The notes beneath the pieces are model-generated. The model saw only the letters and a program-made list of their open reading frames with translations. It made no database searches and was not told the origin of the DNA. Below are positions 22,338 through 35,599 of a DNA stretch of 53,808 bases, in pieces. Made by a program: the position numbers and the translations under genes. How positions within the stretch are numbered: the first letter of the stretch is position 1; every line of letters begins with the position of its first letter. The DNA is from Octopus bimaculoides (lineage: Eukaryota). The stretch covers positions 28,077,709 to 28,131,516 of the forward strand of contig NC_068988.1 of the NCBI RefSeq assembly GCF_001194135.2, in the 5' to 3' direction.

Positions 22338-23088
22338 AACGATGATGATGATCATCATCATGCAATGTCTGCTTTCCATGCTGGCATGGGTTGGACGGTT
22401 TGACTGAAAACTGGTAAGCTAGGGGGCTGCACCAGGTTCCAATCTGATTTGGCAAGGTTTTTATGGCTAAATGCCCTTCCTAACGCCAACCACTCTGAGA
22501 GTATAGTGGGTGTTTTTTATGTGCTACCAGCATGGGTGCCATTGACCTGACACCAGTATTGCCCATGACTATGGTCTCACTTGGCTTGACAGGTCTACAC
22601 AAGCATGGTATATCGGCAAAAGTCTCAGCCACCTGTCACTAACTCCAGGAGACCCAATACTCAAATGGTGTTTTTTACCTGCCAGTCAGATGGTACTGGC
22701 ATTGACCATGACTATGATTTCACTTGGTTCAACAGGTCTTCACAAACACAGCATACTGCCCAATGATTGAAGAGTGCTTTTAATGGGCCAGTTACATGAC
22801 ACTAGCATCAACCACAACTACGATCTCCCTTGACTTGGCATCACTGCCTCCATGAGGCCCAATGCTCGAATTGTGCTTTTTACATGCCACTGATACAGGC
22901 ACCAGTTAGATAGCACTGGCATCAGCCATGACTGTGATTTCACTCAGTTCGACAGGTCTTCACAAGCACAGCATATCAGCCAACAATTAAAGGGTGCTTT
23001 TAATGGGCCAGTTACATGACACTGGTATCAGCCACAACTGTCCAACCCATGCCAGCATGGAAAATGGACGTTAAATAACAATGATGAT
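22338..23088 (-). mobile_element. RTE 3'-UTR composite with an extra opposite-orientation tail at its right end
   Basis: Family tail on minus at left, duplicated ~185-nt internal unit, plus-strand tail at 23041-23088. Confidence 0.75.
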
Positions 23089-23744
23089 CACTAAGGAAAT
23101 TACATTCAAATGTTTCTATCATACACTTTACATAACAAACAGATGTGCACACATGTACACACACACACACACACACACGCACACACACATACTCAAAAAG
23201 TAATTGAAAATAATTTAATTTTAAAAATTGTTTGTTTTTATCATGTTAATATTACAATAAGTTATTTAAAAATAGTGAATATTAAGTTTTGATATATTTC
23301 TATTTTTATTTAATTTATTTATATAAACAAACTACCTGGAAATAAATTGAAAATATATTTCATTAAGAAAAAGTAATTTGTTCTATCACTGAGAACAAAT
23401 TAGTGAAAGATTAGTTTTCAATGTATTTATAAGTTGTTTTTTTTTCTACAAATTTGTTTTTGATGTTCACTAATATGTTTTGATCAATTTGTTTTACAAC
23501 TAATTTGTCTTTACTGCAAATGACTTTTTGCCAATCTATCTTCTGGTCAATATGTTTGTGACAAATTTCTCATTAATACATTTTTGACAAATATGTGTTT
23601 GACAGATGTGGTTTTGTTGTATCTCCCACTCCAGACACAGCTACCCTTACTGTAATTTTAAGATCATATCAGTGTGACACTCTGTGACAAAGCTGAACCT
23701 TTTGAATTACAGGAAAAGTTTAGTTATTGAACAAATCAGCACCA

Positions 23745-24040
23745 GTACTTATTCTTTTACAGCCTGCTATTTGTTCTATTGGTCTCATTTGCCAAACTAC
23801 TAAATTGCGGGGACATAAACAAACCAACATCAGTTATCGGTTGGTAAGGGGTTAAGTTACACAAACACAACAGACACACACATGGGCTTCCACACAGTTT
23901 CCATTTACTAAATTTATTTACAAGGCATTAGTTGATCCAGGGCTATAGTAGAAGATACTTGCCCAAAGTTCAGCAACATGGGACTGAATCCAAAACCACA
24001 TCGTTGCAAATCAGGCTTCTTCACTACACAGATATGCCTG
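23745..24040 (-). mobile_element. SINE family A
   Basis: Homolog of 3127-3497. Confidence 0.7.
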
Positions 24041-24519
24041 TGCCCATAAATATCAATAAATCTATCCGTATTTGTTTTTGTTGATAACCAAAATATTTTC
24101 TTTTGTCAGTGAGAGAACACTGATGCATGATAGCAGAAAACAGATCAAGTAAATCTCTCACTAAAAGAATGAATAAATAAATAGATAAAATGATTACTGA
24201 GAAAAGACAACTCAAGGAAGTGACTGTCTCCGTCACCTTTTAGATGTTGGAAAGAAGCTGGAACTGCAAGTCAGTATTCTTCAAATTTTTTTTTTTAATA
24301 CAGTTAAGACTATCACATGCTTCTATAGATTGGAGTAAATTTCCACAGAGAAGGGAAAAGTGAAGAGTTTACTGAGCATAACTGGCTTAGAAACATACTA
24401 TTTGAAGGTAATGCCAGAAGGAAAAAACAGAAATATAGACCTTGGTGTGTTTGAGGTTCTGAAGAAGGTTTCATACTTTCATGACAGCGAAATAGTAAAG
24501 TGTGTGTGTGTGTGTGAAT

Positions 24520-24600
24520 GTACAATGAAAATGCATGTGTGTGAGCATGTGCAACCTGAAAATGTATGTATGTGAGCATGTGCAACCTGAAAATGCATGT
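24520..24600. repeat. ~30-bp minisatellite within a (TG)-rich tract
   Basis: gaaaatg(c/t)atgt(g/a)tgtgagcatgtgcaacct repeats. Confidence 0.8.
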
Positions 24601-24688
24601 GCAGTGTGAGCGTGCAGTTGTGTGTGTGTATGTATAGACAGTTTGCATATATAGTGTGTATGGTTGCAGATTCTGTGTGCACATGTGC

Positions 24689-24723
<35 letters not shown>

Positions 24724-25266
24724 ACACATGCATGCTTGGAGAATTGAAAGCAAATATGAGCAACAAGTCTTATAGCTTTGCCATTTCTATGTGGTGCTTA
24801 GAGAAATTGGGTAGGAGCATTGTGAAAATTTAAGAGATCCTTTTGATAAAGCACCAGTTACAATATGGGAGGTAAGGGGGAATTTTACAGGTTATCTGAT
24901 ACACAATAATGCAATGGAGTGTGAATAACTAACTCCCAGTTAGTGGTTGTGAGTAGATTTCTGGTGTATTGTGGGCAGTGTTTTGGTGTATTGTGGGCAG
25001 CTGTGTCAATTACTTGAATTGAGTTGAGGGCTTTCACTATATGCTGGATTTGGAGAGACTAAGAAGAATTACATCAATTATTATCTTAGCTGTTTTAGAT
25101 GGATCAGAGCTCAGAGGTGAAATACATTTGCTTTGAAGAGTTGTCAAAATTAGCATAGCTGTGATCAGTTAGTTAACTTGATGTACCAGAATGTTATGAG
25201 AACAGGAGCTGATGTATGGGAGGATGCTGTCAAACAGATTGCTTTGATTAAACAATACTTTATACT

Positions 25267-25616
25267 TTTTACTCGTTTCAGTCATTGGACTGCAGCCATA
25301 CTGTGGCACTGCCTTGAAAGGTTTAGTGAAATCAACCCCAGTACTTCAATTTTAAGTCCAGTAGTTATTCTTTCAATCTCTTTTGCAGAACTGCTAAGTT
25401 TCAGGGATGTAAACAAACCTATATCAGTTATCAAACAGTGGAATGGACAAAAAGATACTTACACATATATGGCTGTGTGGTAAGAAGCTTGCTTCCCAAC
25501 CACATGGTTCCGGGTTCAGTCCCACTACGTGGCACCTTGGGCAAGTGCCTTCTACTATAGCCTCAGCCCAACCAAAGCCTTGTGAGTGGATTTGGTAGAT
25601 GGAAACTGAAAGAAGC

Positions 25617-25655
<39 letters not shown>

Positions 25656-25986
25656 TTGTTCCCCCACCATTGCTTGACAACCAATGTTGGTGTGTTTATG
25701 GCCCTGTAACTTACTGGCTCAGCAAAAGAGACCAATAGGAATAAGTACTAGGTTTACAAAAAATAAGTCTTAGGGTTGATTTGTTCGACTAAAGGCAGTG
25801 CTCCAGCATGGCTGCAATCAAATGACTGAAACAAGTAAAAGAAATATATATGCTAACTACCAAATTCCCTCACAAGACATTGGCCAGTCCAGAGTTGTAG
25901 TACAAAACACTTGCCCAAAGTTCCACACAGTGGGACTGAGCCTAAAACTACATGGTTGCAAAGCAACCTTCTTAACCATACAGCCA
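25267..25986. mobile_element. Plus-strand SINE A (25468-25842) nested in a minus-strand SINE A
   Basis: Host 3' half at 25267-25455 and 5' half at 25855-25986. Confidence 0.75.
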
Positions 25987-26149
25987 ATCACATTATCTGA
26001 AGAAAGTACTGGCTGGGATGGTAGAATAAACATCAAGTTATTAATTGCTCTCTTTAATAACACTCTTTAATAAGAGGCATAACACAATTTGCTTGAAACA
26101 GAAATTTAACTGATCTAATGTGATAAGATGTAACACAACATTGTTCAGC

Positions 26150-26400
26150 ATTTTATCAGTGTCCTGCACATAGCCAAAGAGGCATCTAAGTATTGGAATT
26201 TTCAATGCTTCAAATGAAATCATCCTTGCAGCTTGTAACTTTCATCTCTGCAGCTTGCAGTATCTGCACTGCCAACTACATCTGTAATAAATTATTATTA
26301 TGCATTACATTGGGCTATTCTCCCGAGTTGCTAGCATACTTGTTAGTCATTTTACCAAGGCATATTTTTCATTGGTTTAAGTATCATCCTTTCAACTGAA
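26150..26400 (-). mobile_element. Old RTE-like LINE remnant
   Basis: ILQAAEMKV and LRCLFGYVQ traces. Confidence 0.35.
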
Positions 26401-27512
26401 ACACTCTTCATTCAGGTTTTTGTTGGGTTTTTTTTTAAAGAAAAGCATCTCATAATACAGGGATAAAGTGAATAGGACAAATGCCTATCAGTTTTAAAAT
26501 CATTGATTTTTTACATGATCTTTAACTGAAAAGACTTTTCTTGCTCAACAACAGTTGCAGGTCTGTTGTGTCATAATTCACTTCAACCCTTTGTATGTCC
26601 CGTGTATCACATGTGATGGTTAGTCTACATTATTCCGTGAAAAGCATAGGGCCAGTTTCCTAAGTTTCTCTGATGTATATATTTCCTGAACAGGACACTG
26701 GTCCATTAGAGGATTACTCATTTTTACCAGGCAAGTGAACTGGAGCAACATGAAATGAAGTGCTTTGCTCAAGAACACAGTTTGTCACCTGGTACAGTAA
26801 TTGAAATCACTACTATTGATATCTAAATGCTTTCACTAACAGATTTAATAGCTTAACCACAGTAAATTTTATTTTCTAGGGATTCATTCATTATTTCTTA
26901 CAAGTGAGAGTAGTTTTAAACTATCAATAAACAATATAATTTAACTGAATAATTAACTTTAGTCCTACATACTCAGCAATCATCAACTACAGTTATATAT
27001 ATATATATATATATATATATAGCAAATTAAAAAAACAAAAATCTTATAACAAAAGAAAAAAGAATTGTAGAAATATTCTTCATAGAAATAGCTTTTTGAT
27101 TAGAAAATTTGCCAAATTAACTAAATAGGTAAAATAAATAACTGCTTCAAATTTTGGCTCAAAGCCAGCAGATTTAGGGAGAGGAAGCAAGGGGAGTAGT
27201 TTTTGATTGGTTCTTTACTTTATTGACTCCCAAAAGGATGAAATGTGAAGTTGACATCAATGGCATTTTAACTCAGAGCATAAAGCCAGGACNNNNNNNN
27301 NNNNNNNNNNNNNNNNNNNNNNNNNNNNNNNNNNNNNNNNNNNNNNNNNNNNNNNNNNNNNNNNNNNNNNNNNNNNNNNNNNNNNNNNNNNNNNNNNNNN
27401 NNNNNNNNNNNNNNNNNNNNNNNNNNNNNNNNNNNNNNNNNNNNNNNNNNNNNNNNNNNNNNNNNNNNNNNNNNNNNNNNNNNNNNNNNNNNNNNNNNNN
27501 NNNNNNNNNNNN

Positions 27513-27557
<45 letters not shown>

Positions 27558-27869
27558 GTGTGTGTATATGTTTGTGTGTCTATGTTTGCCCCCCCCCACA
27601 TCGCTTGACAACCAATGCTGGTGTGTTTACGTCCCCGTAACTTAGCGGTTCGGCAAAAGAGACCGATAGAATAAGTACTAGGCATCCAAAGAATAAGTCC
27701 TGGGGATCGATTTGCTCGACTAAAGGTGGTGCTCCAGTATGGCTGCAACTGACTGAAACAAGTAAAAGAGTTAAAGAAAAAAAGAGTAAGCATTTTGTCT
27801 GGTGTGTTAATAATTTTGCCTCTTTACTGCCTTAGGGAAAGTAAATAATGTACAAGAACATTTTTGGAT

Positions 27870-27990
27870 TGGATGGTGTTGCCTATATTCAGTCCACTGC
27901 AGGATGAAGGCCTCAGCATGTTTTCTCCGCCGACCACAATTTGATGTTGAGGCTGGGAAACTGAGCTTAAGATCATACTGGTTTGATGAG
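27870..27990 (-). mobile_element. RTE-like C-terminal remnant
   Basis: ...RKHAEAFILQWTE resembles the terminal peptide of RTE ORFs. Confidence 0.35.
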
Positions 27991-29167
27991 CTTACTCTGC
28001 CATACTGGCTTGACATGTACTAGAACATACAGGTTGAAAATTGTCCAAATAAATGAAGTCATATTAAACGAGCATATTTAATGAATGCAGGCTTTAGAAG
28101 AAAAAATAATTAAAGGAGACAATCAATGAACAAAATTTATCAGCTATAATGTCATGCAACTTCAATATATATTTAACATTTTAACAATGTTAAACAGTTG
28201 CAGACACTAGTATTCACGTTTTTCTTTTTCGCTACTATCTCTCGCACAAACAAATAAAGGCTACTTTTGCCCTGTTAATATTTGCTAAAGAATGCATTTC
28301 ATGCACACATACAGTTCGGTAGTTGGTTAGAATAATGGAGAGAGTGTAGTCTAATATTAAATGCAGAGATATATTGAACTGGATTCAATATAGAATGAAA
28401 CAAGAATAATTTATCGACCTGTTCCCAGAATTTAGTTTATATTAATTCTTTTGAACTTTTCCCAATTCATACAAAACAACAATCAAAGCAATAGAATATC
28501 AATATTCTATAATATAATAAATTTCAATGTATAATGAAGAATAACAACTATTTTCAGTACTGAGTCCAACTATGGCTTCACTAATGACTATAATCTAAAC
28601 TTTAAGCTACAATAACAACCATTTAATTTTTTTTTGAAAACTGCTCCAAAGAGGGAAGGTTGCAATCACAGCATGTGTGGAGGCTTCCCTAATGTTAAAG
28701 AAAAGAAAAACATAATGAAGTCAGTGTTGTAAAAACTTCATTTGAATTGCTGATGATTTGAAAAGAAATTAAATTTGGGAGCTAAGCATTGCATTGTTTT
28801 AGTACAAGATGTTAAAGCAGTTAACTGATAAGAAAAAAGAAAAAAAGGAGTGCATGTGTGTGCAGATGCATATGCAAAGTAGGAAGCATAGCTGCAATGA
28901 AGTTAAAACATTTGGTCGAGTAGTTGTTATAGTAACATGGTAATATAGCATGGGCTCTCAGAAATTCTGGATCGGTGTTCGGCCTGTTGAGAGACCACTG
29001 GGAGTGAGGCAGCCCTTAGCTTTTGTCAAAGCATGTCTCTAGAAGCTGCTTTAAACGCAAACTACATCTCCTCTGATTATCAATGGCAAGATGATCTGCA
29101 ATGGATCACACCAACCCAAAGTGTGTATGCATGTAACTAAGAACCACATGCGAACTTGCATTCTTAC

Positions 29168-29227
29168 CCCTTAAGCTCTGAATATGAGCTCATTGGAGTT
29201 GGCTCAAACCACCCTGAGTGAATGCCA
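29168..29227 (-). other. Candidate 60-nt 5'-UTR exon
   Basis: Pyrimidine-rich acceptor ending ttgtatttgtag and donor gtaaga in a non-repetitive block. Confidence 0.3.
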
Positions 29228-29769
29228 CTACAAATACAAGTTATAATAATAGAAGAGGTAAAGGAATGTGCTTCAAGAATACAGAAAAGAAAATGGATCT
29301 GTACTCTCTGCAGTTGACAGCGTAATAAGCAGATTCCTCATCACCCTTTTTCTATACTGTTGGAATTTTCCAGGTAGTCAAGCATAAGATTAGTTTATGT
29401 GACCATTTTTTTCATCCATCAGAATAAGAATTATTAAAATTAAAAACAAAAAATTCTCAAGAATATGTAAAAAGCTACATTACTTCTTTTTAAAATTCTT
29501 TTACTGGTTTTAGTTTCTACAATCAAGGTTTAGTGAAGGTTATTGACCCCAGCAACTTATTTTGGTTTCGTACACATTTTTCTGATCTCTACATAAATGA
29601 CAGTTTTTTTAGACCTGTGTAAAAAAGCACCAAAAAAAATACAAAACAAAAACAGACACACAAAATGGGTAACTACATAGTTTCTATCAAATTCTGCTAA
29701 CAAGGTATTGGCCAGCCTGAGGTTATAAGAGAAATTACTTGTCCAAGGTTCACCTCAAGATCTAGTCCT

Positions 29770-30175
29770 TGTTTCAACGTAGTGGCTTATGTGTCTTAAA
29801 GACCCTGAGAACTATGCCAGCAGATCGCAAGCTCTTAGAAGGGCCTCCCAAGCTGGACAGGTCAAAGGATAGAGGCCAGACTAATATGGAGGTAAAAATG
29901 GCCTTGCATAGAACCAACACTCTACATAGAAAAAAAAAGAAGCAAGCAATTGAAGCATCAATGACAATTCAAAACCAACAATATCTAAGAATAGAAGTCA
30001 TATAGGAAGGCATATGATGAGGTGGAACAAGATCCAAAAATAAGCAGAGCTGGAAAAGCAGGGATCCACCTGGAGAAAAGCAGAAGAGACAGCCCAGAAA
30101 TGAGAACACTGGAGAAAAGTCATTGATGGTCTATACTCCATAGGGAGTGAAGGGCTTAAGAAGTAGCAGCAGCTC
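29770..30175 (+). mobile_element. Decayed RTE-like LINE pieces
   Basis: ELEKAGSTWRKAEETAQ...WRKVIDGLYSIGSEGLKK* resembles an RTE C-terminus. Confidence 0.5.
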
Positions 30176-31074
30176 CAGGTGCTGTGCAAAGACATTGAAC
30201 CTGGAACTATGTAACTACAACTCAAAGACCTTAGCTACATAGCCATGCTTGTATCTATTATCTATTAATGAAAGCTAACCGTTTTTTATCAAGTAAAAAA
30301 TTACTTCCATTTGGCAATAAATATGTAAAACAAAATTTTACCATAGTGTCTACATAAATAACATTCAATAATTTTGGAATAGCGTCAAATAACACAAACT
30401 AGGTTTATGGAGATCATATTAAACATTGGAAAAACAAGCATAAAACAGAGAAAGTTTTGCTTTAACATATTTCAAAAGACCTATATCAATATAACTGTAT
30501 TTGATGGCATAAAAGACATACGGGTATTTTAGACATAATCCAATTTCAGCAGCACATGTTGAGGAAATAAAGTTTTTTGTGCATTAAAGCATGTAATATT
30601 TAAAACAATCCAGCAGTGCATTACAAATCCTTACAGTACAAATAACAATAATAATGTTCAAGTAAATGTTATCATTATGAAGTCAGACTAGGTAGAAGAG
30701 ACTGAGTTAAAATTAGCTTATAGTAGTGAGTGTCAGTGACAAAAATAGTTTATGGCAGGTCCAATTCTGTATATAGGACCCAGCATGATTTTTTGGAGAC
30801 ATTTTTGGGTGGGGAAAAGCACAAAAGCATCTTACACCTCATCAAATATGGTATATAGACACAGCCTTAATGACAGCTTTCACACAAATTAATGAAGGTC
30901 AATGGGACACTTGTCTCTCCATTTGGAATAAGTTCACTACAGTTCACTAAAATTACTGCAGAAAATCCTAATTAATGTTCCATTTTAAGAAGCTGCAGAA
31001 ACAACAGATGCAACTTCATGTTATTTACTTTTCATGTGGTCTCTGTTGGAAGAAATAATGTTCTATTTCAAACT

Positions 31075-31400
31075 GAAGTTCACTCTGCAACCATATGGTT
31101 TCGTGTTCAGTCCCACTCTGCAACACCTTCAGCAAGTATCCTCTACTATAACTCTGGGCCAAGCAATACCTTGAAAGTGAATTTGATGGATGGAAACTGT
31201 GGAAGTCGTGTGCGTGTGTCTCCTTGTGTTCTTCCACCCCTTCACCGCTTGACAACCAGTTTTGGTTTGTTTATGTCCCTGTAACCTAGTGGTCTGGCAA
31301 AAGAGACCAATAGAATAAATGCAAGGGTTGATTTGTTCAACTAAACCTTTCAAGGTGGTTTCCCCAGCATGGCCACAGTCCAGTGGCTAAGTAAAAGAAA
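31075..31400 (+). mobile_element. SINE family A (others at ~5520-5790, 27545-27775, 35120-35500 +; 37120-37320, 42250-42545 -)
   Basis: Shared head, body and tail. Confidence 0.72.
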
Positions 31401-31487
31401 CCAATTTTATCTCATTTGTAGCTAATCTACTTGCTAACTACTCTTTCCAGTGACAGACCGCCTTTGAGATGTATAGCAAGTTAATAA

Positions 31488-31840
31488 CAACAAGAGCACT
31501 CAGAGAGTGCAAACCTCCACCAAAGCAACACCAACGTCCTTTCAGTGATTAGCCAGAGATGATTTTTTAAATGAGAGTATATGAAATAAACTCGACTGCT
31601 CTCTCAAACAAGAATACTAAAAATGAACCTGATTGCTCTATAAAAATAAAGTAAAAAAACAGGAAAAATAATCCAGAGTCCTTGTCCAGTATTGGATCGA
31701 TCCCAAAATTTAATCAGTTCATGCCAGTCATGAGGCCAAATATCCCTGAAAGTTTCATCCAAACCGATCCAGTGGTTCTTGAGATATCTTGTCCACAGAC
31801 AAACAAGCAAACATGACTGAAAACAATAAAGTGGAGGTAA
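31488..31840 (-). mobile_element. Second Helentron/DINE-1-like copy
   Basis: Reverse-complement homolog of 4398-4733; hairpin gcactc-aga-gagtgc. Confidence 0.6.
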
Positions 31841-31956
31841 CAAGGGGTTAAGAGGAAATGTAGTGATAGAAATAACTTCATACTCAGCTTACTTCTGACA
31901 AATTTTCTATTTTGCTCATTATGAACAATTAGCAGTTTATCTTTTAACTTGACATA

Positions 31957-32153
31957 CTGTATTTGGTGATATAAAAGACATACAAGTATATTAGACACAT
32001 CCCACTTTCAGCAGTACATATTCAAGAAAAAATGAGAGTCAGGGACAAAATTAGCTCATGAGAAGCCCAACTTTACTTTTAAGACCTGGAGTAATATTTT
32101 TAAGATATGAGGGGGCGGGGTGGATGCATCTTAAATGCCATCAAATATGGTAG
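31957..32153. mobile_element. Tc2/Kanga-like MITE (relatives at ~11883-12085 and 30486-30853)
   Basis: TIRs tactgtatttggtgatataaaagaca ... gcatcttaaatgccatcaaatatggta. Confidence 0.6.
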
Positions 32154-34094
32154 TTCTTTGTCATTATTGTCTTCAGCGCTTATCTAATTCAGAGACTAAA
32201 ATAAAAAAAACAAAACAGACTGCATAGCAATTATGAGACTAGATGTAAAACGGTTGTAAAGTGTTAAGTTAATGCATCAGAAATCTTTTCCCTAAATATA
32301 GACAAGATTACAAGAACAATAGTGTAATATAAGATGCATTTAAATTTGTGAAGACTTTATACCTGTCGGGGTGAAAATACTGTTAAGCCTTGAAGAAATT
32401 TTCTTTTATGGAAGTTTTATCTTTCAGTTCCATTTCTGCATGTTTTTATACCATATATTTTTATAGACTTAAGCAGTTAGTATGTCAACACATGCAGTCA
32501 AGCAAAATAATCTCATGCATATAATAAGCAAAATGAACAAAAAACAATTTTCTTCTTCTAATACATATCCACCACCAGTGACAAATGTTTTAATACTGCT
32601 ATGTCTAACAGCTGTCTAAAGTTTGATATTCAAAAGCTTAATATTTATTCCAGTGTATTTTAATTGTCTTATAATTGCTGGGGTAAAGTATCATTTCCCT
32701 TGGATAAATAAGCTAACAGCTTAATGAGATAATCTAATATAATCTTCCAATGTCTATCAATGAGATTTGCTCAATTAATATAAGACTTAAATATCTGTAA
32801 TAAAAATATAAATAGAATTAATGGCAATTTATTTAATACGGTAGTTTATGAGGCTAAAAGAAAATAAGGATTAAAATCTGAGTGGAGAAAAATAATTATG
32901 ACTATGATAGAGGGGACAATACAATATTATAACTTTTTTAGCATATTATAACAATAAGATCAATTTCTCTTTTGCTTCTAACCAGGAAATTGATAAATAT
33001 ATAATAGAACAAAAGTATTTGATATGATATATAGTCTCACAGGTAAAATATAATTACTAATTTCAGAACAATGAATCTCAAGGCAGATAAAGCTATGAAT
33101 ATTAGCATGAAAATATTGGGTTGGAAAAAAAAAAATCAATGACTGCCTATGGAATACAAACGCATAGTGCCAAATAGTAATTAAAAAAGAAAAAGCCCAA
33201 AAATGGGAACTAAATCCATTGCTCTTTTAACAATCACTTTTTTTTTGAGCCCTAGGACTTATAAGACCAGTTACCTGGTTTCCAAAGCATATAAGTGACT
33301 CAAAATCACAACATTCCACTGTCGGGTTCACAGTCGATAATTTTGAAGGGAAGAAACAAGTTAATTACATTGATCACAGTACTTGACCGATACTCTAATT
33401 TATTGACTCCTATGGAATGAAAGGTAAAGATGATGACCTCAGTGGAATTTAAACTCAAAATGTAAAGAATCAAAAGAAATGCCAAACTAAACACTGTCTG
33501 ATATCCTCACAATTCTGACAATAAGCAATATCAATTCCATTCAAATAGTTAATGAACAATACCATTCTGTTAAGTTAAACAGTTAATATATTTCAATGAA
33601 AAACAAATTATTATGAATGCATAAGCAAAAGTCAAGATATCTTAATAATAGGAAAAGTTTAAATATCTTAATGAAGTTGATGGCTGTAGAAGTAGAGATG
33701 CTGAACTTCTGATCATATATAGGTTCAAATCTTATTAAAGCCCTTGTGATGTGCTTCTAAGCAATGTACATGGCTGCTCACTTTAGTTAATTGGGTAAGA
33801 AAAAAATAGTTTATTTCAAAATTGAGTGATTAGTAATAGGAAGGGCACCCAATTGTAAAAATAGGTGCTGCAATATAAGATCATCCAATCCACGAAAGAA
33901 TAGAAAATTAGGTGCTACTTTGGTATTCTATGTATGAGACCAACATCATCTACAAGAGTCAAATTTTTCTCTAGTATGCAATCTACATGTTTCATTCATT
34001 TATTATGGCTTAAATAAAACATACTTGCTTTTTTATACATTTATTTAAAAAAATTTAAATGGAGCAGATGTGAAACAAGTTCATTAATTTTATG

Positions 34095-34381
34095 GTCGTT
34101 GCCAGTACTGCCTGAATGGCTCCCATGCTGGTGGCACATAAAAAGCACCACTCAAGCATGGTCAATGCCAGTACTGCCTGACCGGCCCTCATGCCAGTGG
34201 CACTTAAAATGCACCCACTACACTCTTGGAGTGATTGGTGTTAGGAAGGGCATCCAGCTGTAGAAACTTTGCCAGATCAAACTGGAGCCTGATGCTGCCT
34301 TCTGGCTTGCCAGCTCTCAGTCAAACCGTCCAACTCATGCCAGCATGGAAAGCTGGCATTAAATGACGATGATGATGATGG
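34095..34381 (+). mobile_element. RTE LINE 3'-end copy
   Basis: Family UTR and (gat)n tail. Confidence 0.78.
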
Positions 34382-34742
34382 GCGGATCGAACTAACATTA
34401 GCTAAAAAAGTAAAAAATACATAAAATTTTTATACATTTTATACATTTATTATTAAAAAGAAATTAGAATGAAGCAGACACTCTCTCAAAAACGATACAG
34501 GTGTTTTCCTTGTTCTTGATAAGTATAACTTTTCTTCTTGTAGATCACAATATAAAGTGTAGATCGCATACCAAAGTAGTGCCAATAATTACATGTAAAA
34601 TTATAATTAAAATAATTTTTCACAGCTCTTTTCTCTGCAATATGACTAGGCATTTGACTTGTAGAGTAGCATGTAGATGTGCACTTATGGACCTAACACA
34701 AATAAATGCTGCATGTTGGAAGAGATAATACTAGCTGTAGAC

Positions 34743-34951
34743 AGTACCATATTTGATGGCATATAGGATGCATTTGTTTCCCAAAAAAGTAGAGAGAGAG
34801 GGAGATCACCTTGGGTCCTTTATGTGAAGTTGGGTCCCCAACTAAATATTACACGTTTTAATGCACAATAAACTTTTTTCCTAAATACGCACTGATGAAA
34901 CTGGTGTGTGTGTAATATGCTCATATGCCTTTTATACCATCAAGTATGGTA
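34743..34951. mobile_element. Tc2/Kanga-like MITE
   Basis: TIRs taccatatttgatggcatatagga ... ccttttataccatcaagtatggta. Confidence 0.6.
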
Positions 34952-35504
34952 TTCATTGTAAAGGTAGACCAAATAAGACATGGGGGGAGTGTTGCAGACT
35001 TGCCTAACCGATGTCAGGATGGATAAAACAAGCATTAAATGGTGATGATGACAAAAATATGGAGGAATAGTTTATTATAAACATGAATAAAGATATTTGT
35101 ATAGGTGATTAGGTGCAGACATGGCTGTGTGGTTAGGAAGCTCACTTTGCAATTAAGTAGTTTCAGATTCTGTGCTACCGCATGACACCTTGGGCAAGTG
35201 TCTTCTACTAAAGGTCCAGACCAAGCAATGCCTTGTGAATGAATTTGGTACAATGAAACTGTGTGGAAGCCTGCTTTATATAAACACAAACACACATGCA
35301 CACACACACACATAAATACATGTGCATGTGTTTGTCCCCTCCCCGTTTGACCACCAGTGTTAGTTTATGTCCCTGTAACTTAGTGGTTTGCCAAAAGAGA
35401 CCAATACAATAAGTACCAGACATATAAAAAAAGAATATTAGGGTCAATTTGCTTGACCAACCCTTTTGAGGTAGTATCCCAGCACAGCTGCAGTCCAGTG
35501 TATG

Positions 35505-35551
<47 letters not shown>

Positions 35552-35599
35552 TAATTACTGGTGGAGGCCAGTTTATAAACTGGCCTTCACTAGTAATTA
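35552..35599. repeat. 48-bp near-perfect palindrome next to (TA)n
   Basis: taattactggtggaggccagttta / taaactggccttcactagtaatta; 22 of 24 Watson-Crick pairs plus two G-T. Confidence 0.9.

Noticed and set aside
23440-23620. Degenerate gacaaat/caaatttg-rich repeats
   Set aside because: Too decayed to classify; probably subterminal repeats of an old DNA transposon
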